Below, piece after piece: positions 18,716-29,075 of a stretch of 64,000 nucleotides of DNA; the first letter of the stretch is position 1, and the number at the start of each line of letters is the position of its first letter. Source of the DNA: Methanobacteriota archaeon (GTDB taxonomy: Archaea > Thermoplasmatota > Poseidoniia > Poseidoniales > Poseidoniaceae); contig PBKJ01000027.1 in NCBI GenBank assembly GCA_002722135.1, positions 75,833 to 139,832 of the forward strand. Direction: 5' to 3'. A program made the translations under genes and the position numbers. Below the pieces are notes generated by a model. The model was not told where the DNA came from. It saw nothing but the letters and a program-made list of their open reading frames with translations, and ran no database searches.

Positions 18716-19189
18716 TCAAGGTTTCTCCCATTCGGCCCGTTCGCACCAATCGAGCAAATCGAGCGCAACTTCGCAAGATTCCGAAATCTCGGGCGCTGGG
18801 TGTTCGAGAAACCGCTGCAAAACGGAACGAGAGCGTGCATCGCCGATGGCGCCCATGGCTTCTGCCGCTTCATGGCGGACCATGACGTGCTCATCCTCGT
18901 CCGCCAGACGCTCCCAGAGCGTAGGGAGAGCACGCGGGTTTTGCATCTGTCCAAGCACGTAAGCCAACTCGTGACGCAACAGGGCGCTGGTGGAAGAAAA
19001 GGCGGCGCAGAGCGCATCAACTGCTTGGTCAGAGCCGTCGTTCCGCAACGCAAACACGGCCCGCATGCGTTGGAACATTCGCGCATCTTCGTCCTGAAGG
19101 ACAACCTGGTGATCCCCGTTGGTCGCAGGCGGCGCGGGGTCAACCGAACCGAAATCACTGACCTGAGGCGTGGCGTTGGTCACCTTCAC
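18716..19189 (-). CDS. HEAT-repeat (PBS-lyase-like) protein
   Basis: Repeating ...ALRNDGSDQAVDAL... / ...VRHEAAEAMGAIGD... HEAT-like units. Confidence 0.5.
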   Translation of the reverse strand: MKVTNATPQVSDFGSVDPAPPATNGDHQVVLQDEDARMFQRMRAVFALRNDGSDQAVDALCAAFSSTSALLRHELAYVLGQMQNPRALPTLWERLADEDEHVMVRHEAAEAMGAIGDARSRSVLQRFLEHPAPEISESCEVALDLLDWCERAEWEKP

Positions 19190-20079
19190 TCCTCCACGGC
19201 ACCGATGAAGGACATCGCTTCGACATCGAATCCAGAATCGACCATACCCGCTTCAATCCCTTCGCTGAGGAACCTGCGAATCGATGCCCGGCCTTCGGGC
19301 TTGTAGTCGATGGTGCGGTCGTTCACGTACATGCCGACGAAGGCTTCGTTCGTGTCATCGTCGATGCCTCGCCCCCATGCCTTCGCGAACTCAAGCGCCG
19401 CCTCTGGAGCGCGGATGGCGTGTTCAATGGACATCTTGGTGTATCGGGTGATGTCTTCCATCACCTGCTGACCAAGGTCACGCCGGACCACGTTGCCACC
19501 GAGCGGCATCGGCCAGCCGCCCGTGCGCTCATTCCACCACACGCCCAGGTCGATGATGACGTTGAGTTCGTGGTCCTTGTAGGTCAGCTGTCCCTCATGG
19601 ATGATGAGACCAGAGACGTAGCGACCTTCGATCACACCGGGCATGATTTCGTCAAAAGGCACGACTTCGATGGGAACGTCTCCCCACGCCAATCGAAGAC
19701 CGAGGTAAGCGCTCGTCTTGAGACCAGGGACGGCGATGGGCGATGCACGTGCTTCTTCCTCCGTCACGCCCGGTTTTGCGATAATCATCGGGCCGTAGCC
19801 CTCGCCCATGGAGGCTCCACAATTCATGAGGGCATAGCGGTCAGCGATGTCGGGAAACGCATGAATGGACACCGCGGAGACCTCGAGCTCGCTGTTCATG
19901 GCCCGGTGGTTCAGGGTCTCGATGTCTTGGAGTTCGTGCACAAACACATACCCAGGGGTTGGGAAAGCGCCGGTGGTCAGGGCATGGAACATGAACGCGT
20001 CATCGGGGTCGGGAGAGTGCCCGATGCGAACAATCTTCTCGCCGGCATCGTTTGTTGGCAGGTCTGCGGTCATGGGCAT
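19186..20079 (-). CDS. mqnD: 1,4-dihydroxy-6-naphthoate synthase MqnD (futalosine pathway)
   Basis: IGHSPDPDDAFMFHAL, DIETLN, IIHEGQLTY and DLGVWWNERTGGWPMPLG match MqnD. The track ORF (to 20352) has an implausible 91-aa N-terminal extension; start set to M92. Confidence 0.75.
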   Translation of the reverse strand: MPMTADLPTNDAGEKIVRIGHSPDPDDAFMFHALTTGAFPTPGYVFVHELQDIETLNHRAMNSELEVSAVSIHAFPDIADRYALMNCGASMGEGYGPMIIAKPGVTEEEARASPIAVPGLKTSAYLGLRLAWGDVPIEVVPFDEIMPGVIEGRYVSGLIIHEGQLTYKDHELNVIIDLGVWWNERTGGWPMPLGGNVVRRDLGQQVMEDITRYTKMSIEHAIRAPEAALEFAKAWGRGIDDDTNEAFVGMYVNDRTIDYKPEGRASIRRFLSEGIEAGMVDSGFDVEAMSFIGAVEE

Positions 20080-20110
20080 GGCTCCGACCCGCCCTTCAAG
20101 AAGCCACCTC

Positions 20111-20923
20111 TCACGCCAACGGCGCGACGGTCTCCCACGCCCAGCGAGGCCGGGCCGTGAGGCCACATGCGCGTTCAAGGAAAGCGTGCAGACCGTGGTG
20201 ATCTTCTGGAGCGAGGCGATTGAAGACTTCTCCGAAGTAGCGGTCGAGTCGATCCATGGGGAGCCCCGTGTGTTCGTGGGCCCGCTGCAGCACGGCCGAT
20301 CGAGCCGAGGCAACGGTTTCGAAGTCAACAAGGCGGTCCAACAGGGCTTCATGGGCTTCGCGGACGAGTTCTGGTGGCGTATCGGCCCGCGCGACGAAGA
20401 CGCCGAAGACCATGGGGTGACCCGTGCGCTCCACCCATGCTTGGCTCAGGTCCATTTGAACGAGTTCAGGATGCAAGGCCGCGCCGTCAAGGGCGCGGTC
20501 CCCGATGACCAAAGCACCGTCAGCCACCTCGAGCATCCCGTCGAGATCAGGCCCCATGTGGGTGTAGGTCACGTCGAGTTCGTGCTCGGCGACCAACCAG
20601 CGCAAAAGCGCAACAGACGAAGCAGAATCCGTGGGTACCGCAATGGATTGCATGGTCTCCAGAGGTCCGTCACCAAACAAAATGACGCTGCCGACCTCGC
20701 CTGCTGAACTGATGCCGACATCAGGGACCAACACCAACTCATCGTGGTGCTTTGCATAGTCTGCCGCAGGAATGGGAGCAAGCACGCAGTCCCTGCGAAG
20801 CACGTGCCCGGTCAACCATGACGGTGGTGCGGCAAGAACGGACCACGAGGGGTCCAGTCCTGTGAAGAGCGGGTCACAATTGATGAAGGCCACTCGACCG
20901 ATGGTTCGCGTCCACGTCGTCAT
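20111..20923 (-). CDS. mqnA: Chorismate dehydratase MqnA (futalosine pathway)
   Basis: RVAFINCDPLFTG ... LSQAWVERTGHPMVFGVFVARAD align with the MqnA family (PF02621). Confidence 0.7.
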   Translation of the reverse strand: MTTWTRTIGRVAFINCDPLFTGLDPSWSVLAAPPSWLTGHVLRRDCVLAPIPAADYAKHHDELVLVPDVGISSAGEVGSVILFGDGPLETMQSIAVPTDSASSVALLRWLVAEHELDVTYTHMGPDLDGMLEVADGALVIGDRALDGAALHPELVQMDLSQAWVERTGHPMVFGVFVARADTPPELVREAHEALLDRLVDFETVASARSAVLQRAHEHTGLPMDRLDRYFGEVFNRLAPEDHHGLHAFLERACGLTARPRWAWETVAPLA

Positions 20924-20932
20924 CGAATCACC

Positions 20933-22144
20933 TCATTCACTGGCCATCTTCAGACCGCGACGCTTCGGCAACGGAGGAGCCACATATCGCGTGAAGGACG
21001 TGTAGTCTGAATTTCGCTCCCAAGCCTCGGCCCCTGCGTCGTTGATGAGACGGGCCATTTGGCGACGATCAGCGTCCAACGGGGCGGTGGAACCGGCGAG
21101 GTGCATGATGGATTCTTTGTGCACGGTCCCGTCAATGTCGTCTGCGCCGAACCGGAGCGCGAGTTCACCAAGGCCGTCGCCGACGTTCATACGGTAGGCC
21201 TTGATGTGCGGAATGCTGTCGAGCATCAGGCGCGACACGGCGATCGTCCGCAGGACCTCAGCACCCGTTGCAAGTTGTGCCTCTGGCAAGCGGGTGTCGT
21301 CAGGCAGGAAGGGGTAGGGCACGAAGCACTGGAAGCCTCCGGTTTGGTCGGCCACGTCCCGAAGGCGAAGCATGTGGACCACACGTTGCTCGAGGCTCTC
21401 GACCGTTCCGAACAGCATTGTGCAGTTGCTCACATGGCCGAGTTCGTGCACTGTGGTGTGGATGTCAAGGTACTCCTGACTGCTTTCCTTGCCGTTGCAA
21501 ATGATCGCTCGGACCTCATCGTCGAGGATTTCTGCTCCGCCGCCAGGGAGTTGGTCCAAACCTGCATCGAACAGGCGCTGGAGCGTGTCCTTGACCGAGA
21601 GGTTCGATTGCTGGGCCAAGTGCTTGACCTCAACGGCCGTGAGGGCCTTGATCGAGACATGCGGGTAGGCCGATTTGGCGGCGGAAAACATCGCTTCGTA
21701 CGTGCTCACGTCCCAATCGGGGTGCAAGCCGCCAACAGAGTGGACCTCCGTCACGTGGTCTGCATATCGCCCGAGGTCTTCCACGTATGCTTCTGTGCTG
21801 AAGGCGTACGCGTCATCCTGCCGCTTTGAACGACGAAACGCGCAAAACCTGCACGCCAGGGCACACACATTTGTGGGGTTGATGTGGACGTTGTGGTTGA
21901 AGAAGGCCCTGTTGCCAAAGCGGGCCTCTTTGGCCAAGTGAGCCAAGCGGCCGAGCTCTGCAAGGTCAGGGTGATGGTAGAGGAGAAGGCCGTCTTCGAG
22001 GTTGAGTCTCCCACCAGACGACAGGCGCTCAACAACCGAGGCAAGGCCATCGCTCCACGTGGTTTGAGCGAGTGCATCCTGGAAGCGCTGGGTCCAATCG
22101 GGATCTGCGCCGGCGGAACGATGCTCCGCACGGACGGCCGCCAT
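20933..22144 (-). CDS. Radical SAM enzyme of the MqnC/MqnE family (cyclic dehypoxanthinyl-futalosine or aminofutalosine synthase)
   Basis: CALACRFCA radical-SAM cysteine triad, ~400 aa, clustered with mqnA/mqnD. Confidence 0.65.
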   Translation of the reverse strand: MAAVRAEHRSAGADPDWTQRFQDALAQTTWSDGLASVVERLSSGGRLNLEDGLLLYHHPDLAELGRLAHLAKEARFGNRAFFNHNVHINPTNVCALACRFCAFRRSKRQDDAYAFSTEAYVEDLGRYADHVTEVHSVGGLHPDWDVSTYEAMFSAAKSAYPHVSIKALTAVEVKHLAQQSNLSVKDTLQRLFDAGLDQLPGGGAEILDDEVRAIICNGKESSQEYLDIHTTVHELGHVSNCTMLFGTVESLEQRVVHMLRLRDVADQTGGFQCFVPYPFLPDDTRLPEAQLATGAEVLRTIAVSRLMLDSIPHIKAYRMNVGDGLGELALRFGADDIDGTVHKESIMHLAGSTAPLDADRRQMARLINDAGAEAWERNSDYTSFTRYVAPPLPKRRGLKMASE

Positions 22145-22181
22145 GCGAATTTCTCCGGCTCGGAACCTTTCAAGGTGGTGT

Positions 22182-25133
22182 TCACGCCACGTCGGCCCTC
22201 GTCAAGGCCAATCGAATGATCTTCCTGAATTCATCCATCACCAAGACCGTCGAAGCCACCAACACGACCACGAGCCAATCGCCTGATTCAAGGGTCGTGG
22301 TCTTGAGCAAATCGCCCACGACAACATCGCCAAACGGCAATCCAAGGTCTGCGCCCTGGACGAAGAACAAGAGCAGGCCCATGGAAATCATCACGGCGAT
22401 GTTGATGGCACGGTTGGAGAAGATGCCGATGTCGAACACGACCGATCGATTGCCTGACCGGCAATTGACGACGTTAAACAGCTGATAGACGATGAACACA
22501 GAGAACGCCATGGTTCGGGATTGGCGCAATTCTTGATCCCAAGCGTCGTAGAGCGGCCCTTCGCCGGCCTCTTCCTGTTCAAGGCATGTGGCCACATCAA
22601 AGTCTGCGCCCATGCCTTGGCATGGTCCTGTAATGACTTCACCACCAGCCAATCCAAAGACGATCATGGTTCCCGTGACCATCACGGCACCGAGGAACAA
22701 GATGAGGGAAATGTCCTGAACGTTTGGAAGCGGCTCTCCGACCGGACGAGGAGGCTTGTCCATGACCTCGCCGTGTTTCTTTTCCATGCCCAGGGCCACC
22801 GCAGGTGGGCCGTCCATCAGGATGTTGATGACCAAGATTTGCGTCGCCGTGAGGGGGATCTCCCAACCTAGGATCAGGGTGCTGACAAAGAGGAGCAGCA
22901 CCGCCGCGACGTTGGTTGAAATTTGATAGCGCACGAAATTTCTGATGTTGGAGTAAATCTTCCTTCCTTCCTCCACCGCTTCGACGATGTTGGCGAAGTT
23001 GTCGTCCTGCAGGATCATGTCCGAGGCGTCCTTGGCCACGTCCGTGCCGGCAATGCCCATGGCCACACCGATGTTGGCTTGGGCAAGCGCGGGTGCATCG
23101 TTGACGCCATCGCCGGTCATCGCGACCACGTGACCCTTCTCCTGGAGCGCAGTCACGATGCGCATTTTGTCCATCGGGGTGACGCGGGAGTAAATGCTCG
23201 CCCCTTCGACGCGGTGGCGCAGTTCTTCCTCGTCCATGTCTCGGAGTTCACGGCCGCCGATGCTGGCGCCGTCGTCGCAACCGAGATCGCTGGCGATGGC
23301 TTCGGCGGTGGCTTGCTGATCACCGGTGATCATCTTCACATCAATGCCTGCACGGTGGCAGCGCGCAATGGCATCCGCGACCTCTGCGCGGGGCGGGTCG
23401 ATGATGCCCACTGAACCAAGGAGCACCAAGTCATGCTCCAGAGATAGCTCGGGATCCAACGCCTCATCATCCGACAACTTCCTCGCGGCGAAGGTGATGA
23501 CGCGCATGGCCCGGTCCGCCAAGGCGCCAACGCGGTCACGGTAGCCGAGGGCTTCCTCTTCCCCAAAGGCGACCGAATCGTTGCCGTCGAAGCGATGACT
23601 GCACAACCGGAGCACGGAGGAGGTTGCACCCTTGACGAAAAGCCAGCGCTCGCCTTCGTATTCATGAACGGTGGACATGCGCTTGCGGACGCTGTCGAAG
23701 ACCTGCTCATGCAGGCGTGGGTGAAGCGAGGCGAACTTGGTCACGTCGCCGTTCAACTTCCAACCTGCAACAGCGCAGGCCGCGTCGGTGGGGTCACCGA
23801 TGGCTGACCACACGCCATCTGATTCCTGCACGACAGCATTGTGGGACAGCGAGAGGCCCGCGGCGAGCAACCTGAACGGTTTCTCTCGTTGGAGGGAAGC
23901 CATCGCTTCCTCTCCGAGGGTTTCACCGTTTGACTCAAGCGAGCCTGTGGGTTTGTACCCCTCACCGCCGACGTCATACGTCGCGTCGTAGGTGGCCAAG
24001 GCCTTCACGGTCATCTGATTCGTGGTCAACGTCCCTGTTTTGTCCGAACAAATGACCGTGGTTGAACCAAGGGTTTCGACGGCTTTCATTTGACGGATGA
24101 TGGCGCGGTGGCGGGCCATGTTTCGCATACCAAGCGAGAGCGTGATGATGAGAATGATGGGCAGCCCTTCAGGAACAATGGCCACGAAGATGGCAATCGC
24201 CACAATGAATTGGTCGACCACGACCGAGAACAGGTCGCTCTGTCCGTCGATGATCGCCTTACCGAGTTCGACACCGACGATGACGACAGCCACCAGCAGC
24301 GCGATGAAACCAAGGAATTGACCAAGGGATTCCAGCTTCAATTCGAGCGGCGTCTTCGGAGGCTCTGCCTCCTGAATGTCGGAGGCGATGTGACCCAGTT
24401 GGGTGTCCATACCGATGGCCACCACCATCCCATGACCGCGCCCGGTGGACACCGTGGTGCCCATGTAGGCCATGTTGTCGCGTTCGGCGAGCAGCAAATC
24501 TTCTGCGAGCGCATCTGCGGTCTTCTTCCGTGGGATGGATTCGCCCGTAAGCGCAGATTCATCCACGGTGAACTGCATGATCGACATGAGACGAACGTCT
24601 GCCGGAATTTTCTGACCTTCCTCGAGTCGAACAAGGTCACCTGGCAGCAGCATGTCCGCAGGAATTTCGATGTCCTTGCCGCCTCGAATCACAACGCATT
24701 GGCTGATGGCGCTGGATTTGAGCCGCTCAACCGCCTCCTCCGCTTTCCCTTCCTGCCAAAAGCCAAACGCGGCATTGGCGGTGAGCACGATGAAGATGAA
24801 AATCGCGTCACCTGGTTTGTCCGGGTGAAGGGCGAGGGCGAGCAACGCCGCACCGATCAGAAGAAAATTCAGCGGGTCGTTGTATTGGTTCAGAAAGCGG
24901 AGCCATGCCGGGTCACGCGATTGGGACGTCAATCGGTTGAAGCCGTGACGTTCGCGCAAGTCGAAGACCTGTGCATCTGTGAGGCCATCCGGGCTGGATT
25001 CCAGCTGGTTAACAACATGGTCCGTATCGATGGCATGCCAAGGGATGCCGTCCCCCCGTTCCATCTGGTCAGGAAGACCCATGTTAACAAGCCACGAAAC
25101 GTCCATCCAATGAAGGTGGTGGTCCGATTCCAC
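22182..25133 (-). CDS. P-type cation-transporting ATPase (type II, Ca2+/cation)
   Basis: ICSDKTGTLT phosphorylation motif, MITGDQQATA, AMTGDGVNDAPALAQANIGVAMG hinge, 10 TM helices; true start probably an internal ATG (~25064). Confidence 0.8.
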   Translation of the reverse strand: MESDHHLHWMDVSWLVNMGLPDQMERGDGIPWHAIDTDHVVNQLESSPDGLTDAQVFDLRERHGFNRLTSQSRDPAWLRFLNQYNDPLNFLLIGAALLALALHPDKPGDAIFIFIVLTANAAFGFWQEGKAEEAVERLKSSAISQCVVIRGGKDIEIPADMLLPGDLVRLEEGQKIPADVRLMSIMQFTVDESALTGESIPRKKTADALAEDLLLAERDNMAYMGTTVSTGRGHGMVVAIGMDTQLGHIASDIQEAEPPKTPLELKLESLGQFLGFIALLVAVVIVGVELGKAIIDGQSDLFSVVVDQFIVAIAIFVAIVPEGLPIILIITLSLGMRNMARHRAIIRQMKAVETLGSTTVICSDKTGTLTTNQMTVKALATYDATYDVGGEGYKPTGSLESNGETLGEEAMASLQREKPFRLLAAGLSLSHNAVVQESDGVWSAIGDPTDAACAVAGWKLNGDVTKFASLHPRLHEQVFDSVRKRMSTVHEYEGERWLFVKGATSSVLRLCSHRFDGNDSVAFGEEEALGYRDRVGALADRAMRVITFAARKLSDDEALDPELSLEHDLVLLGSVGIIDPPRAEVADAIARCHRAGIDVKMITGDQQATAEAIASDLGCDDGASIGGRELRDMDEEELRHRVEGASIYSRVTPMDKMRIVTALQEKGHVVAMTGDGVNDAPALAQANIGVAMGIAGTDVAKDASDMILQDDNFANIVEAVEEGRKIYSNIRNFVRYQISTNVAAVLLLFVSTLILGWEIPLTATQILVINILMDGPPAVALGMEKKHGEVMDKPPRPVGEPLPNVQDISLILFLGAVMVTGTMIVFGLAGGEVITGPCQGMGADFDVATCLEQEEAGEGPLYDAWDQELRQSRTMAFSVFIVYQLFNVVNCRSGNRSVVFDIGIFSNRAINIAVMISMGLLLFFVQGADLGLPFGDVVVGDLLKTTTLESGDWLVVVLVASTVLVMDEFRKIIRLALTRADVA

Positions 25134-25171
25134 GCCGATGCTTTGACGAAGAAAGGTGGTTTCGGAGTGAT

Positions 25172-27226
25172 GTGACCGCCACGGAGGACCCCTTCATCTC
25201 TCCTGACGTGACCGTCCCGGAACTCACCGTGCGTGTGCTCGGTGTTGGGATTGTGCTCGGCGTTCTGATGACCGCCGCAAACGCGTACCTCGGGTTGTAT
25301 GCGGGGATGACCGTCTCAGCCAGCATCCCTGCAGCCGTGATGTCGATGATCATCCTCCGGTTGATGTTTAACGACGTCACCATTCTCGAAAACAACAGCG
25401 TGCAAACCATGGCCAGCGCGGGTGAAAGCCTCGCTGCTGGCGTGATTTTCACCGTCCCAGCCTTCCTCGTCGTCGGCCTTTGGACGGACATCAATTGGGG
25501 CATCACGCTCGCGATTGCTTTGTTGGGTGGATGGCTGGGCACCATGTTCACCATCGCTTTGCGTCGATTGTTCATCGTCGAAGAAGCCCTGCCGTACCCA
25601 GAAGGCGTGGCATGCAGGGAAGTGTTGGTCGCAGGTGAAGAAGGAGGCGACGGCATGGTCGCCATCCTGTATGCCCTTGGCATCGGCGCCTTGTACGGCT
25701 TCGTGGTCAAAGTCATGGCCGCTGTGCACCACGCCGTCGAAGGGGCGGTCGAATTCCTCGGCACTCGACTGTATGCGGGTGCTGACCTCTCCGTCGCGCT
25801 CTTTTCGGTCGGTTTCATCGTCGGCCTTCGAATCGCGTCGTTCATTTTCCTCGGGGGTGTCATTGGATTCGGAATCCTCACGCCGATTTACGGCTTTGTT
25901 CACGGATGGCCAGAAGGCGATTTAGCCGCCGGTTTCACGTCGATCTTCCTGAGTCAAATCCGTTACATCGGGGTCGGTGCCATGGTGGTCGGTGGCGTCC
26001 ACACCCTCTGGACCATGCGGAAGACGATCATCGATGGATTGTCTGGTGCGTTCAAAGCCACCGATGGAGAAGCTGAGCGCTTGCTTCGAACGGAGCAGGA
26101 CATCCCCCTGCGCTATGTGGCCATGGTGGTTGCGGGCCTGGTCGTGCTGACGTTCCTGTTCTACTGGAGCACGACGGGATCCCTCGTGCTCGCGCTTGCC
26201 GGAGCGCTCTTCCTCGCCCTCGTTGCCTTCTTCTTCAGCGCGGTTGCTGGCTACATTGCCGGCGTGGTCGGTTCATCGAATTCACCGGTGTCGGGCATGA
26301 CCATCGCCACCATGCTGTTCACCGTCCTCCTCGTCTGGGTGGTGGGCGACCTCATCCTCAACCTGGCCACGGAGGAACTCATCCTCGCCACGTTGCTCAT
26401 CGCTGCGGTCGTCGCCTCCTCAAGCGCCATTGCAGGCGACGTCATGCAGGACCTGAAAACAGGAAACATGGTTGGAGCAACACCCTGGCGCCAGCAAACG
26501 GCTGAGGTGGTCGGCGTGACCGTCGGTGCACTTGTCATTGGCCCTGTGCTGAGCCTCCTCCACAACGCCTTCCGAATTTCAGCCACGGCGTGCCTTGACA
26601 ACCCCTTGCCCAGCGACCCCACCTGCTCAAGGGCCTTGTTCGCACCACAGGCAGAACTCATCGGCGCCATCGCCGAAGGCGCCTTCGGTGGCTCAATCAA
26701 CATCCAGATGGTCATGCTCGGCGTGTTGTTCGCGATCGCTCTGATTCGACTCAAAATGCCCGTGATGTCCGTGGCCATTGGGCTTTACCTCCCGTTGAAG
26801 CTGTCCGTGCCCATCATGCTCGGGGGCATCATCGCAGCCACGATGGGAGCGGTCATCGTCAAGCGCATCGACGGAGAAACATCGGAAGCACCGTCCGAAG
26901 AAGCGACAAAAACCGTGGACGCGATGCAAGCACGGGGTGTGCTGATTGGCGCGGGTTACATCGCTGGAGAATCGCTCCTCGGGGTGCTTCTGGCCGTGCT
27001 CATCGTCCTCGATGTGGATTTGTCGGCCATGTTTGGCATCACGGCTCTCGGCGATCTCCCCTCGCTCTTGTTCTTCTTCTGGTTCGTTGCGGTGTTCGTG
27101 GCCTTGGTGGCGCAAACCATGCCCAAGGGCATCACCCCAATGCTGGTGGTTGGTGTCATGACGAACGCAATACGGCGGGCCATTGGACGCTTGATTCCAA
27201 AGGCACTGCAGGCAGCAGAGCCCTGA
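25172..27226 (+). CDS. OPT-family oligopeptide transporter
   Basis: 684 aa with ~16 TM helices and OPT-like conserved segments; GTG start. Confidence 0.65.
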   Translation: MTATEDPFISPDVTVPELTVRVLGVGIVLGVLMTAANAYLGLYAGMTVSASIPAAVMSMIILRLMFNDVTILENNSVQTMASAGESLAAGVIFTVPAFLVVGLWTDINWGITLAIALLGGWLGTMFTIALRRLFIVEEALPYPEGVACREVLVAGEEGGDGMVAILYALGIGALYGFVVKVMAAVHHAVEGAVEFLGTRLYAGADLSVALFSVGFIVGLRIASFIFLGGVIGFGILTPIYGFVHGWPEGDLAAGFTSIFLSQIRYIGVGAMVVGGVHTLWTMRKTIIDGLSGAFKATDGEAERLLRTEQDIPLRYVAMVVAGLVVLTFLFYWSTTGSLVLALAGALFLALVAFFFSAVAGYIAGVVGSSNSPVSGMTIATMLFTVLLVWVVGDLILNLATEELILATLLIAAVVASSSAIAGDVMQDLKTGNMVGATPWRQQTAEVVGVTVGALVIGPVLSLLHNAFRISATACLDNPLPSDPTCSRALFAPQAELIGAIAEGAFGGSINIQMVMLGVLFAIALIRLKMPVMSVAIGLYLPLKLSVPIMLGGIIAATMGAVIVKRIDGETSEAPSEEATKTVDAMQARGVLIGAGYIAGESLLGVLLAVLIVLDVDLSAMFGITALGDLPSLLFFFWFVAVFVALVAQTMPKGITPMLVVGVMTNAIRRAIGRLIPKALQAAEP

Positions 27227-27273
27227 TGTCGAATGTGAAAGGATGAAAGGCCCACTTCAGAGCAATCATCATC

Positions 27274-28101
27274 ATGGCCGCGGACATCGAACATCTCGAG
27301 GAGCAAGCCCGTCGCTGCCGCGTCGAGATCGTGAAGATGGTTCACCGCGCTCAAGCGGGCCACCCTGGTGGGTCCCTTTCAGAAATTGACCTGCTCGTCG
27401 CCCTCTACGGTGGCATCCTCAACGTGCGACCTGATGACCCTGATTGGTCAGACCGAGATCGATTCATCCTCTCAAAAGGCCATGCCTCACCGGGAATGTA
27501 CGCCATTTTGGCTGAGCACGGTTTCATCACGCACGCCGATCTTGAGACCTACCGCGTCAAAGGCGGCGTCTGCCAAGGGCACGTGGACATGAAGTGGTGC
27601 CCTGGCGTCGACTTTTCTGCAGGTTCCCTTGGCATGGGACTTTCCTTTGGGCTCGGTTGCGCGCTTGCGGCTCGCCTCGACGGGTCGGAACGTCGAGCAT
27701 GGGTGATGCTCGGTGACGGTGAAGTTCAGGAAGGCAGCGTCTGGGAAGCCGCGATGGCGGCAAAGCACCACAACGTCAGCAACCTCAAGGCAATCGTGGA
27801 CGTCAACCGCATTCAGAACGACGACTTCTGCGTCGAGCAAATGGAAGTTCACGATTTGGAAGCCATGTGGGCCTCATTTGGCTGGCAAGTCTTCAGCGTT
27901 GACGGGCACGACATGAGCGCCGTCGTGGGGGCCCTGATGGCGGTTGCATCGTACGACAAAGGCCCAGCCGTGCTCCTCGCGCACACCGTCAAGGGCAAGG
28001 GCGTCTCCTACATGGAGGACAACCCGTCCTTCCATGGCGCGGCCCCGAACGACGAGCAATTTGCCCGAGCCATGGTTGAACTCGGGGAGGTGGCCGCTTG
28101 A
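27274..28101 (+). CDS. Transketolase, N-terminal (TPP-binding) subunit
   Basis: GHPGGSLS, TPP-binding GDGE..EG motif region; split tkt arrangement typical of archaea. Confidence 0.8.
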   Translation: MAADIEHLEEQARRCRVEIVKMVHRAQAGHPGGSLSEIDLLVALYGGILNVRPDDPDWSDRDRFILSKGHASPGMYAILAEHGFITHADLETYRVKGGVCQGHVDMKWCPGVDFSAGSLGMGLSFGLGCALAARLDGSERRAWVMLGDGEVQEGSVWEAAMAAKHHNVSNLKAIVDVNRIQNDDFCVEQMEVHDLEAMWASFGWQVFSVDGHDMSAVVGALMAVASYDKGPAVLLAHTVKGKGVSYMEDNPSFHGAAPNDEQFARAMVELGEVAA

Positions 28102-29033
28102 CGCGAATGGCCGCGACGCGGGACGGCTACGGTGCTGCTCTGATGGAGCTCGCAGGCAACGACAGGGTGGTCGTCCTCGAAGCCGACTTGGGCAAGTCCA
28201 CCAAATCTCAACTCTTCCGCAAGGCCCACCCCGAGCGGACCATCTCTTGCGGGATTGGCGAGCAGAACATGCTGTTGACCGCGGCAGGCATGGCGTCGTC
28301 TGGGTACGTGCCTTTTGCCAGTACCTTTGCCATCTTCACGGAGCGCGCCTTTGAACAGATGCGAAACGGCGTGGCTCGACCCAACCTTCCGGTGCACCTC
28401 TGCGGTTCGCACGGTGGAACCCACACCGGTACAGACGGTTCGTCGGCACAATCCATCGAAGACCTGGCCATCTACCGAACACTGCCCAACGTGACCGTCA
28501 TGCATCCCGCGGACGACGTGTCGACGAAACTCCTGACCAAGCAGCTGGTCGAGCACGGGAAGCCCTCCTACACCCGCACGGCCCGCAACAAGACGCCGGT
28601 GCTGTACGACGGCCGAGAGGACGAGGTCCAGATCGGCCGGGGCATCGTTCACGGCGACGGGAAGGACGTCACCATCGTGGCCTGCGGCGTGATGGTCTCG
28701 CGATCGCTCGAGGCAGCCGAACTTCTTCGCGCTGACGGGATCGAAGCGACCGTGGTGGACATGCACACGCTGAAACCGCTGGACACCGATCTCCTTGACC
28801 GTCTCGCGGCAAGCACCGGGGGCATGGTGACCGCTGAGGATCATTCGATCATCGGCGGCCTCGGCGGTGCTGTGGCAGAGCACCTCATCTCAACGCAACC
28901 GGTTCCTTTGGAGCGGGTTGGTGTTCAGGACCGCTTCGGTGAGTCGGCTCAGGCCGAGGAGATGTTGGAGATGATGGGCCTGACCGCACCTGATGTTGCA
29001 GCCGCAGCTCACCGTGCCATTGGCCGAAAGTGA
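28098..29033 (+). CDS. Transketolase, C-terminal (pyrimidine-binding) subunit
   Basis: TRDGYGAALMELA...; 4-nt overlap with the N-terminal subunit gene; TTG at 28098 or ATG at 28107. Confidence 0.8.
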   Translation: MTRMAATRDGYGAALMELAGNDRVVVLEADLGKSTKSQLFRKAHPERTISCGIGEQNMLLTAAGMASSGYVPFASTFAIFTERAFEQMRNGVARPNLPVHLCGSHGGTHTGTDGSSAQSIEDLAIYRTLPNVTVMHPADDVSTKLLTKQLVEHGKPSYTRTARNKTPVLYDGREDEVQIGRGIVHGDGKDVTIVACGVMVSRSLEAAELLRADGIEATVVDMHTLKPLDTDLLDRLAASTGGMVTAEDHSIIGGLGGAVAEHLISTQPVPLERVGVQDRFGESAQAEEMLEMMGLTAPDVAAAAHRAIGRK

Positions 29034-29075
29034 GACCCCCCAAGATTCAAGGAACGTCCTCAGCGGCTTGTGCGC

